Below, in pieces: positions 37,381-47,011 of a stretch of DNA of 64,000 bases. Source of the DNA: a virus. The notes beneath the pieces were generated by a model, which was not told where the DNA came from, searched no databases, and saw only the letters and a program-made list of their open reading frames with translations. The stretch is taken from IMG/VR virus record IMGVR_UViG_3300045988_080466; one strand, 5' to 3'. Both the position numbers and the translations under genes were made by a program. Every line of letters begins with the position of its first letter. The first letter of the stretch is position 1.

Positions 37381-39583
37381 TTGTATATCCTAATTTAGAA
37401 TTGTCTACTGTGTAAGTAAGAGAATTGTACACTCTATGTGTTTGCTCTTCTTGTCTGCCTGCTGACCAATTCTTTATCTTAGTAAGATAACCAATGATTC
37501 TGTCATACATATCTATGTGAGTGCTTCCACACTTAGGACAAGTAGTAACAGGAACCTTAGTAATGAACCCACAATCTTGACATTCAGAGTTTGGAACATT
37601 AAATGTTAGATAACTACATCCAACAGTGGCAGCATAGTTGAGTAACAGACTTGCCTGATTCTTAGTAGGATGTTCGGATAGATTAATATGAGCTGCACTA
37701 CCTCCGTCTAACCAATCACCAACATATTCACTTCCATGAAGTTTGATTTTCTCCAAGATTGAACTGTTAGATTCTGGTAAAAATACATAAGAAGTATATA
37801 AGTTTCTTTCTTTAGGAACCCAATACCCATCAGCTTTATCCCAGTTGTAATTCTTCACAGCTAAAGATTCAGCAGGAACCAGTTCAGTGTTGAACATAGT
37901 TTTCTTAGTATTATGGAGTTGATTTTGCTCTTTGATAGTTCCGAAAATAAGATTACAGAACTCTTTGTACTCATCATTGTCACTACATTCAATTCCCAAG
38001 AACATTGCAGCTTCATTCAATCCATTTAAGCCAATGGTTAAATACTGATTATTCAGGTTGATAAATCCAGCTTCATATACAGGCAACAAATGTGCATTAT
38101 ATAAGTCCCAAAGTAGCTCATTGTAAGCTGTATGATACTTATAGACTCTGTCTAAAATATTGGTTAGATACTCTTTTACCTCTGGATAGCAATGCTTGCT
38201 GAGTTGTGTTCCCGGAATAGGACATTCATCTTTAGTTTCTCTTATAAAATTCTGAATAATTCTATTCAGGTTAAGAGTAATTACAGATTTAGAACCAGTT
38301 TGTTCTCCAACCAATCCATTAGTAAATGTAAATTCATTAGATTGGAGTTTATTCTTTAATCGGCAGCAACTTGATAAAGAGTCCACACTATCACTTATAT
38401 AAGTAAAGAATGAATGTCCTTCTGCATACTCTTCTGAAACAAATTGTTCCCATTCCTTATCTTGAAACTCTCCGTCCTTATAAAGAAGAGATACTGTTTC
38501 TACTGGGAATGTGAGCATACAACGAAGTCTCTCTTGATTAAACCACTTCATAAATTTCTTTTGAAGCCAGTTAAGAGAATTCCATTTTGGAGTATCTCCA
38601 TCAGGGAATACAAAATGTCCATACATTCCTTCAAAGTAAGGTTTATCAAAATAACTTACATTCCAGAAAGCTGATTGAAAACCTCTTGCTGCTGCCGGCT
38701 GATTCACAGAATATACGATTTGTTGGAAGTACTGTTCTATTTGCTTACCGATAGTACCTTCGTCAATCTTATTTCCATTTTCGTCTTCGTGCCACCTACG
38801 CTTAGCGTTATCACCATCAGCATATTTAAAATAATAATCACCCCATTTCTTACGAGCAAAGTGGTCAAACATTACTAAGAAACTTGCAGTTGCAACAGCT
38901 CCCGCAAATTGGGAAGATACAGCAAATATCATATTTACAAACATTCCACAAAATGAATCAAGGTTCTTTGGAGATGCAGATAAACCACCAATTCCCTTAA
39001 TTCCGCCTTGCAGGAATGGATAACAGGATAAAGCTACACAATATGGGAATCCAAATGTAGAATTTTCATCATGTTTATAGATGATATGGCTCTTTAAATC
39101 TCTTTCATACTGTTTGTAGTCGAAATCAGGATATAGTACTTGAAGTTTCTCCTTTACTCTATACCTATTAAGGTCTATATTATTACTTTTATATAGCTCA
39201 TTGTTAAGTACCGCAATATTCTTATTGGCAACATTTGAGTTATCATCAACTTCTGAGCCTTCCGCTGCATTAGAAGCCTTCATAAATTCTTTTATAAATT
39301 CTTCTCTTTCTCTCACATTCTCACGAACACGAGCTCTGTTTTCTCTATATAAGATATAAGCTTTAGCAACATCAGGGAAATCAAAGTCCATAAGAATCTC
39401 CTCTATCTGGTCTTGTATGTCCTCAATCGTTATTTCATCCCATACTTCAATAGAATCTAAAATATCCTCGACAGTATCTTCTTGTGGTGTGTATCCGCAA
39501 GCACTAAATGCTTTCAGGACTGCAATTTTGATTTTTGAGGCATTGAAAGCCTCGCTTGTTCCGTCTCTTTTTATTACGTTCAT
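37373..39583 (-). CDS. nrdD: anaerobic (class III) ribonucleoside-triphosphate reductase
   Basis: N-terminal ATP-cone (VIKRDGTSEAFNASKI). C-terminal Cys4 site (CQDCGF...CPKCGS) and glycyl-radical motif RIIGYLT. Confidence 0.9.
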   Translation of the reverse strand: MNVIKRDGTSEAFNASKIKIAVLKAFSACGYTPQEDTVEDILDSIEVWDEITIEDIQDQIEEILMDFDFPDVAKAYILYRENRARVRENVREREEFIKEFMKASNAAEGSEVDDNSNVANKNIAVLNNELYKSNNIDLNRYRVKEKLQVLYPDFDYKQYERDLKSHIIYKHDENSTFGFPYCVALSCYPFLQGGIKGIGGLSASPKNLDSFCGMFVNMIFAVSSQFAGAVATASFLVMFDHFARKKWGDYYFKYADGDNAKRRWHEDENGNKIDEGTIGKQIEQYFQQIVYSVNQPAAARGFQSAFWNVSYFDKPYFEGMYGHFVFPDGDTPKWNSLNWLQKKFMKWFNQERLRCMLTFPVETVSLLYKDGEFQDKEWEQFVSEEYAEGHSFFTYISDSVDSLSSCCRLKNKLQSNEFTFTNGLVGEQTGSKSVITLNLNRIIQNFIRETKDECPIPGTQLSKHCYPEVKEYLTNILDRVYKYHTAYNELLWDLYNAHLLPVYEAGFINLNNQYLTIGLNGLNEAAMFLGIECSDNDEYKEFCNLIFGTIKEQNQLHNTKKTMFNTELVPAESLAVKNYNWDKADGYWVPKERNLYTSYVFLPESNSSILEKIKLHGSEYVGDWLDGGSAAHINLSEHPTKNQASLLLNYAATVGCSYLTFNVPNSECQDCGFITKVPVTTCPKCGSTHIDMYDRIIGYLTKIKNWSAGRQEEQTHRVYNSLTYTVDNSKLGYTNA

Positions 39584-39620
39584 AGATATATAATTGTTTA
39601 TATTGTGCCGAAATGCTTTA

Positions 39621-39651
39621 CAAAGATAGTAAAAAATTTCGACACTTCAAA
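39621..39651 (-). promoter_or_regulatory. Bacteroides-type promoter upstream of nrdD
   Basis: Minus strand TTTG - 19 nt - TATCTTTG (TAnnTTTG), 37 nt upstream of the nrdD ATG. Confidence 0.6.
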
Positions 39652-39659
39652 ACAAATTG

Positions 39660-40436
39660 CTATACTGTTAAGATGTCCTTTAGTAGTAAAGTTTTCTCAA
39701 CTTTATTCATTATATCTTTTCCTCCATCATTGCTGATTAATTGAGTAAATGCATTATATACAGTGAACATATTTACTGGCTGGTCTTCTGGAACATAATA
39801 TTCGGATTTCTTGTCAAACAATAGTTTATAAGCATCTATTGGAGTACTAGTTGCTAGTTTGACTTTACCATATCCAGAGTCATATGCCATGTTAATAGAG
39901 TTTCTCACCCACATTCCAAGATTTCTCTCGATTTGTTCATCAGTTCTTTCAAACTCTGTTTTATGCAGTTTCTCTAGCCAGACTTTCATATCATTAGTCT
40001 GTTCCATTAAAGTGGTTACAGGTCTATAATTGATAGCTTTCTCTGGCGACAATTCCTGAATACTTAAGAAAGAAGGATTAAACACGCAGAGGTTAGTACA
40101 AGCTCTGTTAAGTCCACCTCTATATATCTTTACAACTGGTTTGCGTACATCTAATCCATATATAAAACCAACTACTTCATCGTGATTGTCAAATGAATAT
40201 TCTTCTGGCATTACTGCCTGTATCCATACACGATTGTAAGTAACATCATCTACATCTATTCCTCCGTCTTTGGTTTTAGTTATCTGGTCTGGTAGTTTTA
40301 CTTGAATTCTAAAATCATCAGTAAACTTTGACATTCTTTCTAAGAAAGGTGTTACGTATGCTTCGGTTTTAAAGTACTCATTGTCTTTAATAACAGTAGC
40401 TTTACCTTTCAGTAATTCAGGCAGTGTGATTTCCAC
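39660..40436 (-). CDS. hypothetical protein, possibly DUF932-like
   Basis: GGLNRACTNLCVF resembles the conserved R..C.N segment of the DUF932 phage/plasmid family. Recalled by eye only. Confidence 0.35.
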   Translation of the reverse strand: MEITLPELLKGKATVIKDNEYFKTEAYVTPFLERMSKFTDDFRIQVKLPDQITKTKDGGIDVDDVTYNRVWIQAVMPEEYSFDNHDEVVGFIYGLDVRKPVVKIYRGGLNRACTNLCVFNPSFLSIQELSPEKAINYRPVTTLMEQTNDMKVWLEKLHKTEFERTDEQIERNLGMWVRNSINMAYDSGYGKVKLATSTPIDAYKLLFDKKSEYYVPEDQPVNMFTVYNAFTQLISNDGGKDIMNKVEKTLLLKDILTV

Positions 40437-40851
40437 TTATATTTAATACTTTCAATGTTGTTCCACGATTTATCATATCTATGAACTGATTGAGGGAATC
40501 CTCATAATCTTTAATTAAATCTTCCCCGAAGATTGTCTGTATCATGTCTTCATCAAACCTGAAACCTCGATTGTAGGGGTCATACTCAAGATAAATGTAA
40601 TCGGTTATTTCTGAGTACTCTTCCTCAGCTTTTTCCTCTCCAACTAAATAATCCAGAAGAGAATAGGCTGCTTCAAACTTTTGTTGAACGGCCCATAAAA
40701 ATTCGCTTTCAATTTCACCTTCCTCTAAATAACATATGTTTACATCTTCCGGATGGATAAAACCGCGGGTTGCTTCACATAGAGAAAAAAGGCAATCAAT
40801 TGCCTCTTCTCCTGCGTGATTTTCTAATATTTCTCTAAACAAATAATTCAT
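40417..40851 (-). CDS. hypothetical acidic protein
   Basis: Co-directional 144-aa ORF, D/E-rich. Confidence 0.5.
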   Translation of the reverse strand: MNYLFREILENHAGEEAIDCLFSLCEATRGFIHPEDVNICYLEEGEIESEFLWAVQQKFEAAYSLLDYLVGEEKAEEEYSEITDYIYLEYDPYNRGFRFDEDMIQTIFGEDLIKDYEDSLNQFIDMINRGTTLKVLNISGNHTA

Positions 40852-42452
40852 TGTAATACAATTCTTCCATCAATAATTTTTGTGCCATCTATGATTGAAT
40901 AATCAGTACAAGCCGGAGTGTTTCCAAAGTTCTTATGAATCCATTCGGAACTTCCAAATAGAGAACCTACTGATTTATATGTAAACCTACGTCCGTAGGT
41001 TGTTGCAGATTGATGTAAATCTCCCTTTACAAATACAACCTTATTTCCGAATATCTGTTTATTATCGAGGTATTCATTAATAAAGTTCTCTGTCTTTACA
41101 TCTAAAGTCAGAGGAAGATTCTTAAACATATCCTTATTATCCTTTCCATGGCAAAGTACAAATGTTGTGTCTCCTACATTAAATTCTCCAATAAATTTAT
41201 CGAAGATTGTACAGTCTACACCTTTATGAGTAAGGATTGCTTCTAATGCTACATTGGCCGCATATCCAAAGTCTCCATCATGATTCGATTCTCCGACACA
41301 AATGTACTTCATTTCGTTATAGTTCAAGTGATTTAAGGTATCGAAGAACTCTACCATACACTCGATAAATGTGTGAATTTGTTCTTTGTTACACATATTT
41401 TGCGGAAGAGAATGTCCACCACGAGTGGTTTGCCCATCATATCCGTCAAGAGAATCTCCAAGATTACAAACATAGATGTTATTAAATCCGCCATATAAGG
41501 CGTTAAGTCTAAACAATTCGTCTGCAATCAATCTCAATCTTCTTCCTACTTCTTCCTTGTTGTAAGGATTAGAATAAATCGAAAGAGGAGAAACATACGC
41601 TCCAATGTGCATATCTGACAAATAAATGATAATGTCCTGTTTACCACAAGATTTCTTCGGAGAATACTTGGAGAGATTAGTCAAATTCAATCCATCCAAA
41701 TCAATATGGATTCCTTCTTCAAGCTTTCTCTTTAACTCAATGTTTTCGAGAGCATACTTTTTAAGAAGTAATCTATCGTTCTTTACAGATTGTTCTTCGA
41801 TTGTTCGTAAGAAGTCATTCTCCTTTTCACGCATTTGCATATCTGCCAATTCCTCTTGGGTATGTTCCTCAATAATGTGAGGGGCAAATGGAGATACGGC
41901 TTTAGTAATGCTGAATACACGAAGAATACGTTTGAAGTCAATAAGAGAATATTCAGGGAAATATCTACTTATCTCTCTTTGAGTAATAGACATTCCATAA
42001 TATGAATACATTCGGTGAATGTTGTTCATTTCATCTCTTGTAAGTCTTCCAGTAAGAGGAGCTTTGTCTTTTCTTAAGACTTTAAATTCATAGAACTTAA
42101 TCTTCCCATCTTCGTCACGGATAAGATTAACACTATTTCTATCGTCGTCTGCTTCAAGTTGCACTTGTTCCAGAGTAGTATCATCTGACGTGGATTCTTC
42201 CATTGGAGCTGCCGTTTCTTGAGTGAAAGGAAGTTCCGGACATGAAGTTTTACTCCACAATTCATTGATTTTATCCATATCTTCTTTATTAATCATACCT
42301 TCCTTGTAATGATTACTTATGTTTTCATAAGTGTCTTCAAAATACCTTTTCGGAAGTTTGTTTGATTTAGTAAAATCTGACTTAGATGCTCCAAGTTCAA
42401 CCAGTTGTGATAAACGCGCGATAAAATTAGTAATTGTTTTTTTGTAAATCAT
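40848..42452 (-). CDS. metallophosphoesterase-domain protein with about 270-aa N-terminal extension
   Basis: C-terminal half carries LSDMHIG, NLGDSLDG, GESNHD, LCHGKD, KGDLHQS. The N-terminal half has no recognised motif. Confidence 0.7.
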   Translation of the reverse strand: MIYKKTITNFIARLSQLVELGASKSDFTKSNKLPKRYFEDTYENISNHYKEGMINKEDMDKINELWSKTSCPELPFTQETAAPMEESTSDDTTLEQVQLEADDDRNSVNLIRDEDGKIKFYEFKVLRKDKAPLTGRLTRDEMNNIHRMYSYYGMSITQREISRYFPEYSLIDFKRILRVFSITKAVSPFAPHIIEEHTQEELADMQMREKENDFLRTIEEQSVKNDRLLLKKYALENIELKRKLEEGIHIDLDGLNLTNLSKYSPKKSCGKQDIIIYLSDMHIGAYVSPLSIYSNPYNKEEVGRRLRLIADELFRLNALYGGFNNIYVCNLGDSLDGYDGQTTRGGHSLPQNMCNKEQIHTFIECMVEFFDTLNHLNYNEMKYICVGESNHDGDFGYAANVALEAILTHKGVDCTIFDKFIGEFNVGDTTFVLCHGKDNKDMFKNLPLTLDVKTENFINEYLDNKQIFGNKVVFVKGDLHQSATTYGRRFTYKSVGSLFGSSEWIHKNFGNTPACTDYSIIDGTKIIDGRIVLQ

Positions 42453-42496
42453 TTTTCAATGTTTTAAGTTAAGCTGTTACGCCTTTAAAGTTTATT

Positions 42497-42538
42497 AAAA
42501 TAAAAAAGGAGTCCGCCTAAATTAATAGACGAACTCCT
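42497..42538 (-). terminator. rho-independent terminator after the 183-aa gene
   Basis: Minus-strand AGGAGUUCG ... CGGACUCCU: a 9-bp stem with one G-U pair and a 14-nt loop, followed by UUUUUAUUUU. It lies 25 nt after the stop codon. Confidence 0.55.
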
Positions 42539-42563
42539 CTGGGGCTGTATTGATACATAGAAG

Positions 42564-43115
42564 TTATGCTACAATACCAAAGCAAAGGTATGTTCCTTTC
42601 TTAGCACTCTTAGATGGAGTATATTCTACCTCAAATGCGATAGGTTCTCCTTCAAGTACTTGTTTTGTGTAAGTGCAAACGATGTCACCTTTATAACCTT
42701 TGTCAGTGTAAAGGGATTTTGCGATTTCTTTAGCCTTAGCTTTTGTTTCGCTAGTTTCAGCGATAACAGAGCCAGTTTTCTTATCAATCAACTGATAAGT
42801 AGTTTTGTATTTACGTTTACCTTTTTCGTTCTTTACGTCATTTACTTTGTAAGGACGTTCACGAGTGTCAGCAGCTCCGGCTTCGATTGTAATCATACAA
42901 CCTGCGTTCTTTACATTCTTAGTGTGTTTTGCAAGATAATCCAGACAGAACTCTTTGATGTCCTTTTCTGTGATTCCACCTTCGTGGTTTTTCTTCCAAT
43001 TCTTGTACGCTTGAGTTGCGTCTTTCATTACTTCAAATGGTAATTGAGCCTTTGCTTCTTCTTTAGTAAATGCACATACTTCTAATTTCTGGAAATTCAA
43101 TACTTGTGTTGCCAT
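42564..43115 (-). CDS. Lys-rich hypothetical protein in its own transcription unit
   Basis: 183-aa ORF flanked by two consensus promoters upstream and a terminator downstream. No motif recognised. Confidence 0.6.
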   Translation of the reverse strand: MATQVLNFQKLEVCAFTKEEAKAQLPFEVMKDATQAYKNWKKNHEGGITEKDIKEFCLDYLAKHTKNVKNAGCMITIEAGAADTRERPYKVNDVKNEKGKRKYKTTYQLIDKKTGSVIAETSETKAKAKEIAKSLYTDKGYKGDIVCTYTKQVLEGEPIAFEVEYTPSKSAKKGTYLCFGIVA

Positions 43116-43170
43116 AATTCAAAAAATTTTTTAAACATTATTCTTATTAATCATCTTCTATTTATTGTTA

Positions 43171-43202
43171 CAAAGATAGTCATTTTTCTGTAACTCACCA
43201 AA
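43171..43202 (-). promoter_or_regulatory. Bacteroides-type promoter (proximal) for the 183-aa gene
   Basis: Minus strand TTTG - 20 nt - TATCTTTG, 55 nt upstream of ATG 43115. Confidence 0.6.
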
Positions 43203-43279
43203 CTAATTTGGTAAATAAATCTTAATAAAGTATAATCTAATTCTTGAATTATCTATAATGTTCTTCCGAAGAAGTGATA

Positions 43280-43310
43280 CAAAGATACTACATTTTTTCG
43301 AGGTTGCAAA
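43280..43310 (-). promoter_or_regulatory. Bacteroides-type promoter (distal, tandem)
   Basis: Minus strand TTTG - 19 nt - TATCTTTG. The -33 TTTG lies in the loop region of the GAGGTT/AACCTC hairpin. Confidence 0.5.
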
Positions 43311-43346
43311 ACCTCACTTGTTAAAAAGTGTGAAAATAAATTTATA

Positions 43347-43571
43347 TCAAATTTCTTCAATAGGATTTGGAGGAAAGCAAAAGCTGTTATTACACATTTG
43401 TTTCCATGTGATTTCGCTCTCCTCATAGAATTTATCCACTATTTCATCATTACGCTTTTCTATAAGACCCGCAGCCCATAAAAGCTGATGAAATCTTAGT
43501 TCGGGATGTTGTGCCATTAACTCTGTTAATCTACAGATAATAGCTTTATTATACATCAACGTTCGCGTCAT
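43347..43571 (-). CDS. hypothetical protein
   Basis: Co-directional 74-aa ORF. Confidence 0.45.
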   Translation of the reverse strand: MTRTLMYNKAIICRLTELMAQHPELRFHQLLWAAGLIEKRNDEIVDKFYEESEITWKQMCNNSFCFPPNPIEEI

Positions 43572-43573
43572 AA

Positions 43574-43936
43574 TTAAAAGGGTAAATATTCGTGAAGTAT
43601 CTTTCCAATCTGTGTCGCCATTTCAGCCGGAGTTTTAATTCCGAATGTGGGGAACTCTGTACAGCCATACATAAAGTCCTCACACATAATAGCTAGCCCC
43701 TTTATAAACTTCTCTGGAAGGGGGTCTTTGGCAGTAATCTGCATTAGTATTTTATAAGGAGTGATATCTGGTCTCTGCTGTTTGGCTTTCATAGTCAAAT
43801 GGCAAGTCAGAGCAATCACCGCAAATTTATTACTGACGTCAACATTCAGGTAGCCGAGCGAGAAGTTGTCGGCATAAAGCTGTTTCATTTCATCATACGT
43901 CATATCGTAATATTCCATTAAATAGGTGTCTCCCAT
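43574..43936 (-). CDS. hypothetical protein
   Basis: Co-directional 120-aa ORF. Confidence 0.5.
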   Translation of the reverse strand: MGDTYLMEYYDMTYDEMKQLYADNFSLGYLNVDVSNKFAVIALTCHLTMKAKQQRPDITPYKILMQITAKDPLPEKFIKGLAIMCEDFMYGCTEFPTFGIKTPAEMATQIGKILHEYLPF

Positions 43937-44952
43937 GGATTTACAGTATAAAATGCAACCATTCGCAATAGCTTTACAAACTCTGCGAATCCTCTTATTA
44001 GTTCTTTCTTACTGACTTTATATACTCCAGCAAAATAATTGGGAACAGTAGATACCAATAGCATGTTTGCTTTCATGTCGGGCTCTTTAAGCCCGTATAT
44101 ATGTTCAGCAGCTAGCATTAGTAACCAACCATACATACCCATTTGCCGATAATAATGATATTGTTCCCAACTTTCATTAAATCGAGTCAAATAATGACCA
44201 GTAGTTTTTAAGTCATTTAATGTGATAAGGTTCTCATCTGGACAAATAGTATAATTATCCAGTTTAGCTTTTAGCTTTAATATGAAAGGCTCGTGGTCTG
44301 GAACTGTCACTTCGACGTCCAGTATAACGGCTTGTTCATTTAAAGACAATGGTGGAGTCATTATAAATTGAGGATTTAATAGAGACTGTATCTCCTTATT
44401 CCTATTTACTGACTGCAAACAAAGCTGTAATTTCTCCCTTGATTTGGAATCCAGATAGATTGGAACCTTGGATGTATTATTTCCAAATTCATATTTCTTT
44501 CTGTCAATCCAATATTCTGTGCACTTATTACGTATGGATAAGATTTTCTTATCGTCCATTTTACCCTTGTAATAATCTATCTTGTCAGAAGCGGCTATAA
44601 TATCTTCATCAGATACTTCACCTTTTATTAAAAAGACAGAATATAGTTCATCTGCCATGAATCCAGCTTTTGCTGTTGGTCTATCGACCGAGTCCACTAA
44701 AGTAAATTCATTTGGCTGTAAAACTAACTCATGCACTGCAGAACCAAATACTAACGAATCGGAGTAAGCGGTTTTCAATCCTTCAAAATACTGCTCTGGA
44801 GACCCTCCTTGCTCAGGGTTTATATATTTAAGTCTCGAGTTACTGATATAATCTCTATATCCATTCCCAAAATACTCTTCATCAGTAATGTCAAGTACCT
44901 TGAGTGTTTCTACTAGGGGATTGAGCTTGATGTCATTCAAGCTCATAGGCAT
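43918..44952 (-). CDS. PD-(D/E)XK (RecB/Cas4-like) nuclease
   Basis: GSAVHELV, KAKLDNY ... LNDLKTTG (D ... DxK) and YYRQMGMY (QxxxY). Confidence 0.55.
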   Translation of the reverse strand: MPMSLNDIKLNPLVETLKVLDITDEEYFGNGYRDYISNSRLKYINPEQGGSPEQYFEGLKTAYSDSLVFGSAVHELVLQPNEFTLVDSVDRPTAKAGFMADELYSVFLIKGEVSDEDIIAASDKIDYYKGKMDDKKILSIRNKCTEYWIDRKKYEFGNNTSKVPIYLDSKSREKLQLCLQSVNRNKEIQSLLNPQFIMTPPLSLNEQAVILDVEVTVPDHEPFILKLKAKLDNYTICPDENLITLNDLKTTGHYLTRFNESWEQYHYYRQMGMYGWLLMLAAEHIYGLKEPDMKANMLLVSTVPNYFAGVYKVSKKELIRGFAEFVKLLRMVAFYTVNPWETPI

Positions 44953-45190
44953 GTAATTCTAATTTAAATGTTGCACTCGGAGTATCTAAATCATCAGCTG
45001 ATTCATATACACTCATTGTCCCATTCTCATAGTCCATATCAATACAATATGCTTTGTCTCCCGCTTTATATTTACCAACGTCCTTGATAAATACACAATT
45101 CATAAAAGTTATAAAAAGAGTATCGCATAAATCCCAACTTCCCCAAGTGAATAATTGTTTTTCCATTAACCGTAGGTTTTCATAAAGCAA
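44933..45190 (-). CDS. hypothetical protein
   Basis: Co-directional 85-aa ORF. Confidence 0.45.
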   Translation of the reverse strand: MLYENLRLMEKQLFTWGSWDLCDTLFITFMNCVFIKDVGKYKAGDKAYCIDMDYENGTMSVYESADDLDTPSATFKLELHAYELE

Positions 45191-45675
45191 TAGGCATCCA
45201 TAATTTCGTCCTTACAAAGAGAGAAAACCTTATACATAGGAAAATCTGAAGTTCTTTCTGTATGATATACCAATGCAGGTAAGCCTGAATTGTGACATTT
45301 CAATACATTGCTGACTGAATCATCAATAAATACATCGACCTTACCTTTAATCATATCAGCTTTATTGCCGTGCTGATAGACCATTTGATAGATAGGAGCT
45401 TTCGGGAATCCGTTCATCTCCAGCCACTTCTTAGTCCATTCCTTATTGTTTACTCTTTTTGTGCAATACAGAGCTGGCTGGAAATCTGGCATATTAATAA
45501 CCTTCAGACCAAGCCAAAAATCTCTGTCTTTAGATAATACCTGCTGCACGTTTTTAGTAATTATACTATCTTCGAGCATACGTGGATTGTTTTTTGTATC
45601 AAAATACTCACAATATGCTCCCCAAAAGTCGGCTAGACAATCGTCTATGTCTAATCCAATTCTAAATCTCTTCAT
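45166..45675 (-). CDS. HAD-family 5'(3')-deoxyribonucleotidase-like protein
   Basis: IGLDIDDCLADFW (DxDxx...DF, as in the NT5C family) and VFIDDS. Confidence 0.6.
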   Translation of the reverse strand: MKRFRIGLDIDDCLADFWGAYCEYFDTKNNPRMLEDSIITKNVQQVLSKDRDFWLGLKVINMPDFQPALYCTKRVNNKEWTKKWLEMNGFPKAPIYQMVYQHGNKADMIKGKVDVFIDDSVSNVLKCHNSGLPALVYHTERTSDFPMYKVFSLCKDEIMDAYCFMKTYG

Positions 45676-45693
45676 TTAATAAAATTTTATTCT

Positions 45694-45906
45694 TTATAAA
45701 GCGTCTATATCAATGACATCACCTACTTGGGCATTTGCGGCTTCGATGATGTCAACAAACTCACTCCAATCCCCAGGATAGTCTAAATCCCAGAGATTTA
45801 CATAAGTTTCAATGATTTTATCCTTAGCTTCTTGAAGGCTTCTGGCTGTAATTTTCTCAACCCAGACGCTATCACTGGTGCTAAAAGGAACTACGTATGT
45901 GTTCAT
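45694..45906 (-). CDS. hypothetical protein
   Basis: Co-directional 70-aa ORF. Confidence 0.45.
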   Translation of the reverse strand: MNTYVVPFSTSDSVWVEKITARSLQEAKDKIIETYVNLWDLDYPGDWSEFVDIIEAANAQVGDVIDIDAL

Positions 45907-46709
45907 TCACAAACTTCGTCAAAGTTTTCAACAATGTCAATCATCTCATTATCGAGAACATCCCAGACTTGGTCGAATATGGTTTGTGGCATCTTTTCGT
46001 AATAGGCATAAGCAATACTGCCGGCCATAGCTGCAATAGTATCACTATCTCCACCCATAGAAATAGCTAGTTTTAAACAATCCTCGTAGTCTTTAGACTC
46101 AAGAAATGCAAGTAAAGCAATAGGAACACTGCCTTGACAAGTAGAATCGAAATGATATTCTGGACGAATCTCATCCAAAGTCTTAGATGCATACTCTGGA
46201 TAATATTTATTGAGAATGTCTCTCACAGAATTTTTAGTCCGAAGTTTCTGTTTCATTACGTATATTGCCAATGCAATAGCTTGAGCACCTTTCACTCCCT
46301 CTGGGTCATTATGAGAACACAGAGCAGAGTTCTTAGCGAGTTCAAGACACTCCTCAGCACTTTTAGCTGCATAGCCACAAGGACTTACACGCATTGCCGA
46401 ACCATTACCATAGCTTCCATAAGGAACAGGATTATCAATCCATTTACGGAACATTCCACCATATCCTCTGTTGGGATATTTCTTACACATTTCTTGGATG
46501 CACTCTCCAAATTGCTCTGGAGTAGGATTTCCGTACTTTAGAATAGCATTTGCTACTCCAATAGTACATACAGTATCGTCTGTAAAACCATTACCTGTTC
46601 TTACTAAACGAACCACTTCATACAGTTTAGTTCTTCCGAACTTTGCTTCATAGGAGGAACCGCAGACATCACCTGCAATTGCTCCAAATAGTACATAGTC
46701 TATTATCAT
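45903..46709 (-). CDS. ADP-ribosylglycohydrolase (ARH/DraG family)
   Basis: GAIAGDVCGS, FTDDTV, GNGSAMRVSP, GGDSDTIAAMAGSIA: the family's metal-binding motifs in order. Confidence 0.8.
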   Translation of the reverse strand: MIIDYVLFGAIAGDVCGSSYEAKFGRTKLYEVVRLVRTGNGFTDDTVCTIGVANAILKYGNPTPEQFGECIQEMCKKYPNRGYGGMFRKWIDNPVPYGSYGNGSAMRVSPCGYAAKSAEECLELAKNSALCSHNDPEGVKGAQAIALAIYVMKQKLRTKNSVRDILNKYYPEYASKTLDEIRPEYHFDSTCQGSVPIALLAFLESKDYEDCLKLAISMGGDSDTIAAMAGSIAYAYYEKMPQTIFDQVWDVLDNEMIDIVENFDEVCE

Positions 46710-47011
46710 TGGTAGCTGACTGAGTTTTTAATAGTTATTTCTTCGTTGTAAAAGTTGAATCCTTCAGGGGTTCCAAAATCTGTTAATGTAAAAGAGCTAT
46801 CCGTTGCTCCTTCAAAAATTTCATCGTCCATGTCCTTGTTAAACACTTTAACAATTATTCCTTTAAAGCTCTTGAGTGATGGTTCTACTGCAAGAACAAC
46901 ATAATCATAACCATGACTTGCATATCTAAGAAGGCATGGATACGGGAGTGTTTCAGATGTCATAGGAGATGTAATTTTTACACCCTCTATTTTTGGAGTC
47001 GATTTAATCAT
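46706..47011 (-). CDS. hypothetical protein
   Basis: 101-aa ORF with 4-nt overlaps to both the radical SAM gene and the ARH gene. Confidence 0.5.
   Translation of the reverse strand: MIKSTPKIEGVKITSPMTSETLPYPCLLRYASHGYDYVVLAVEPSLKSFKGIIVKVFNKDMDDEIFEGATDSSFTLTDFGTPEGFNFYNEEITIKNSVSYQ

Noticed and set aside
23688-39583. Inteins or self-splicing introns in the PolA, NrdD or helicase genes.
   Set aside because: The conserved motifs are contiguous and in order within single ORFs of normal length. No homing-endonuclease-like insertion was seen.
45676-45693. A-T palindromes (AATAAAATTTTATT at about 45680; AAAAAATTTTTT at about 43121).
   Set aside because: Short AT-only palindromes are expected by chance in an AT-rich genome. 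No flanking structure suggests an origin or operator.
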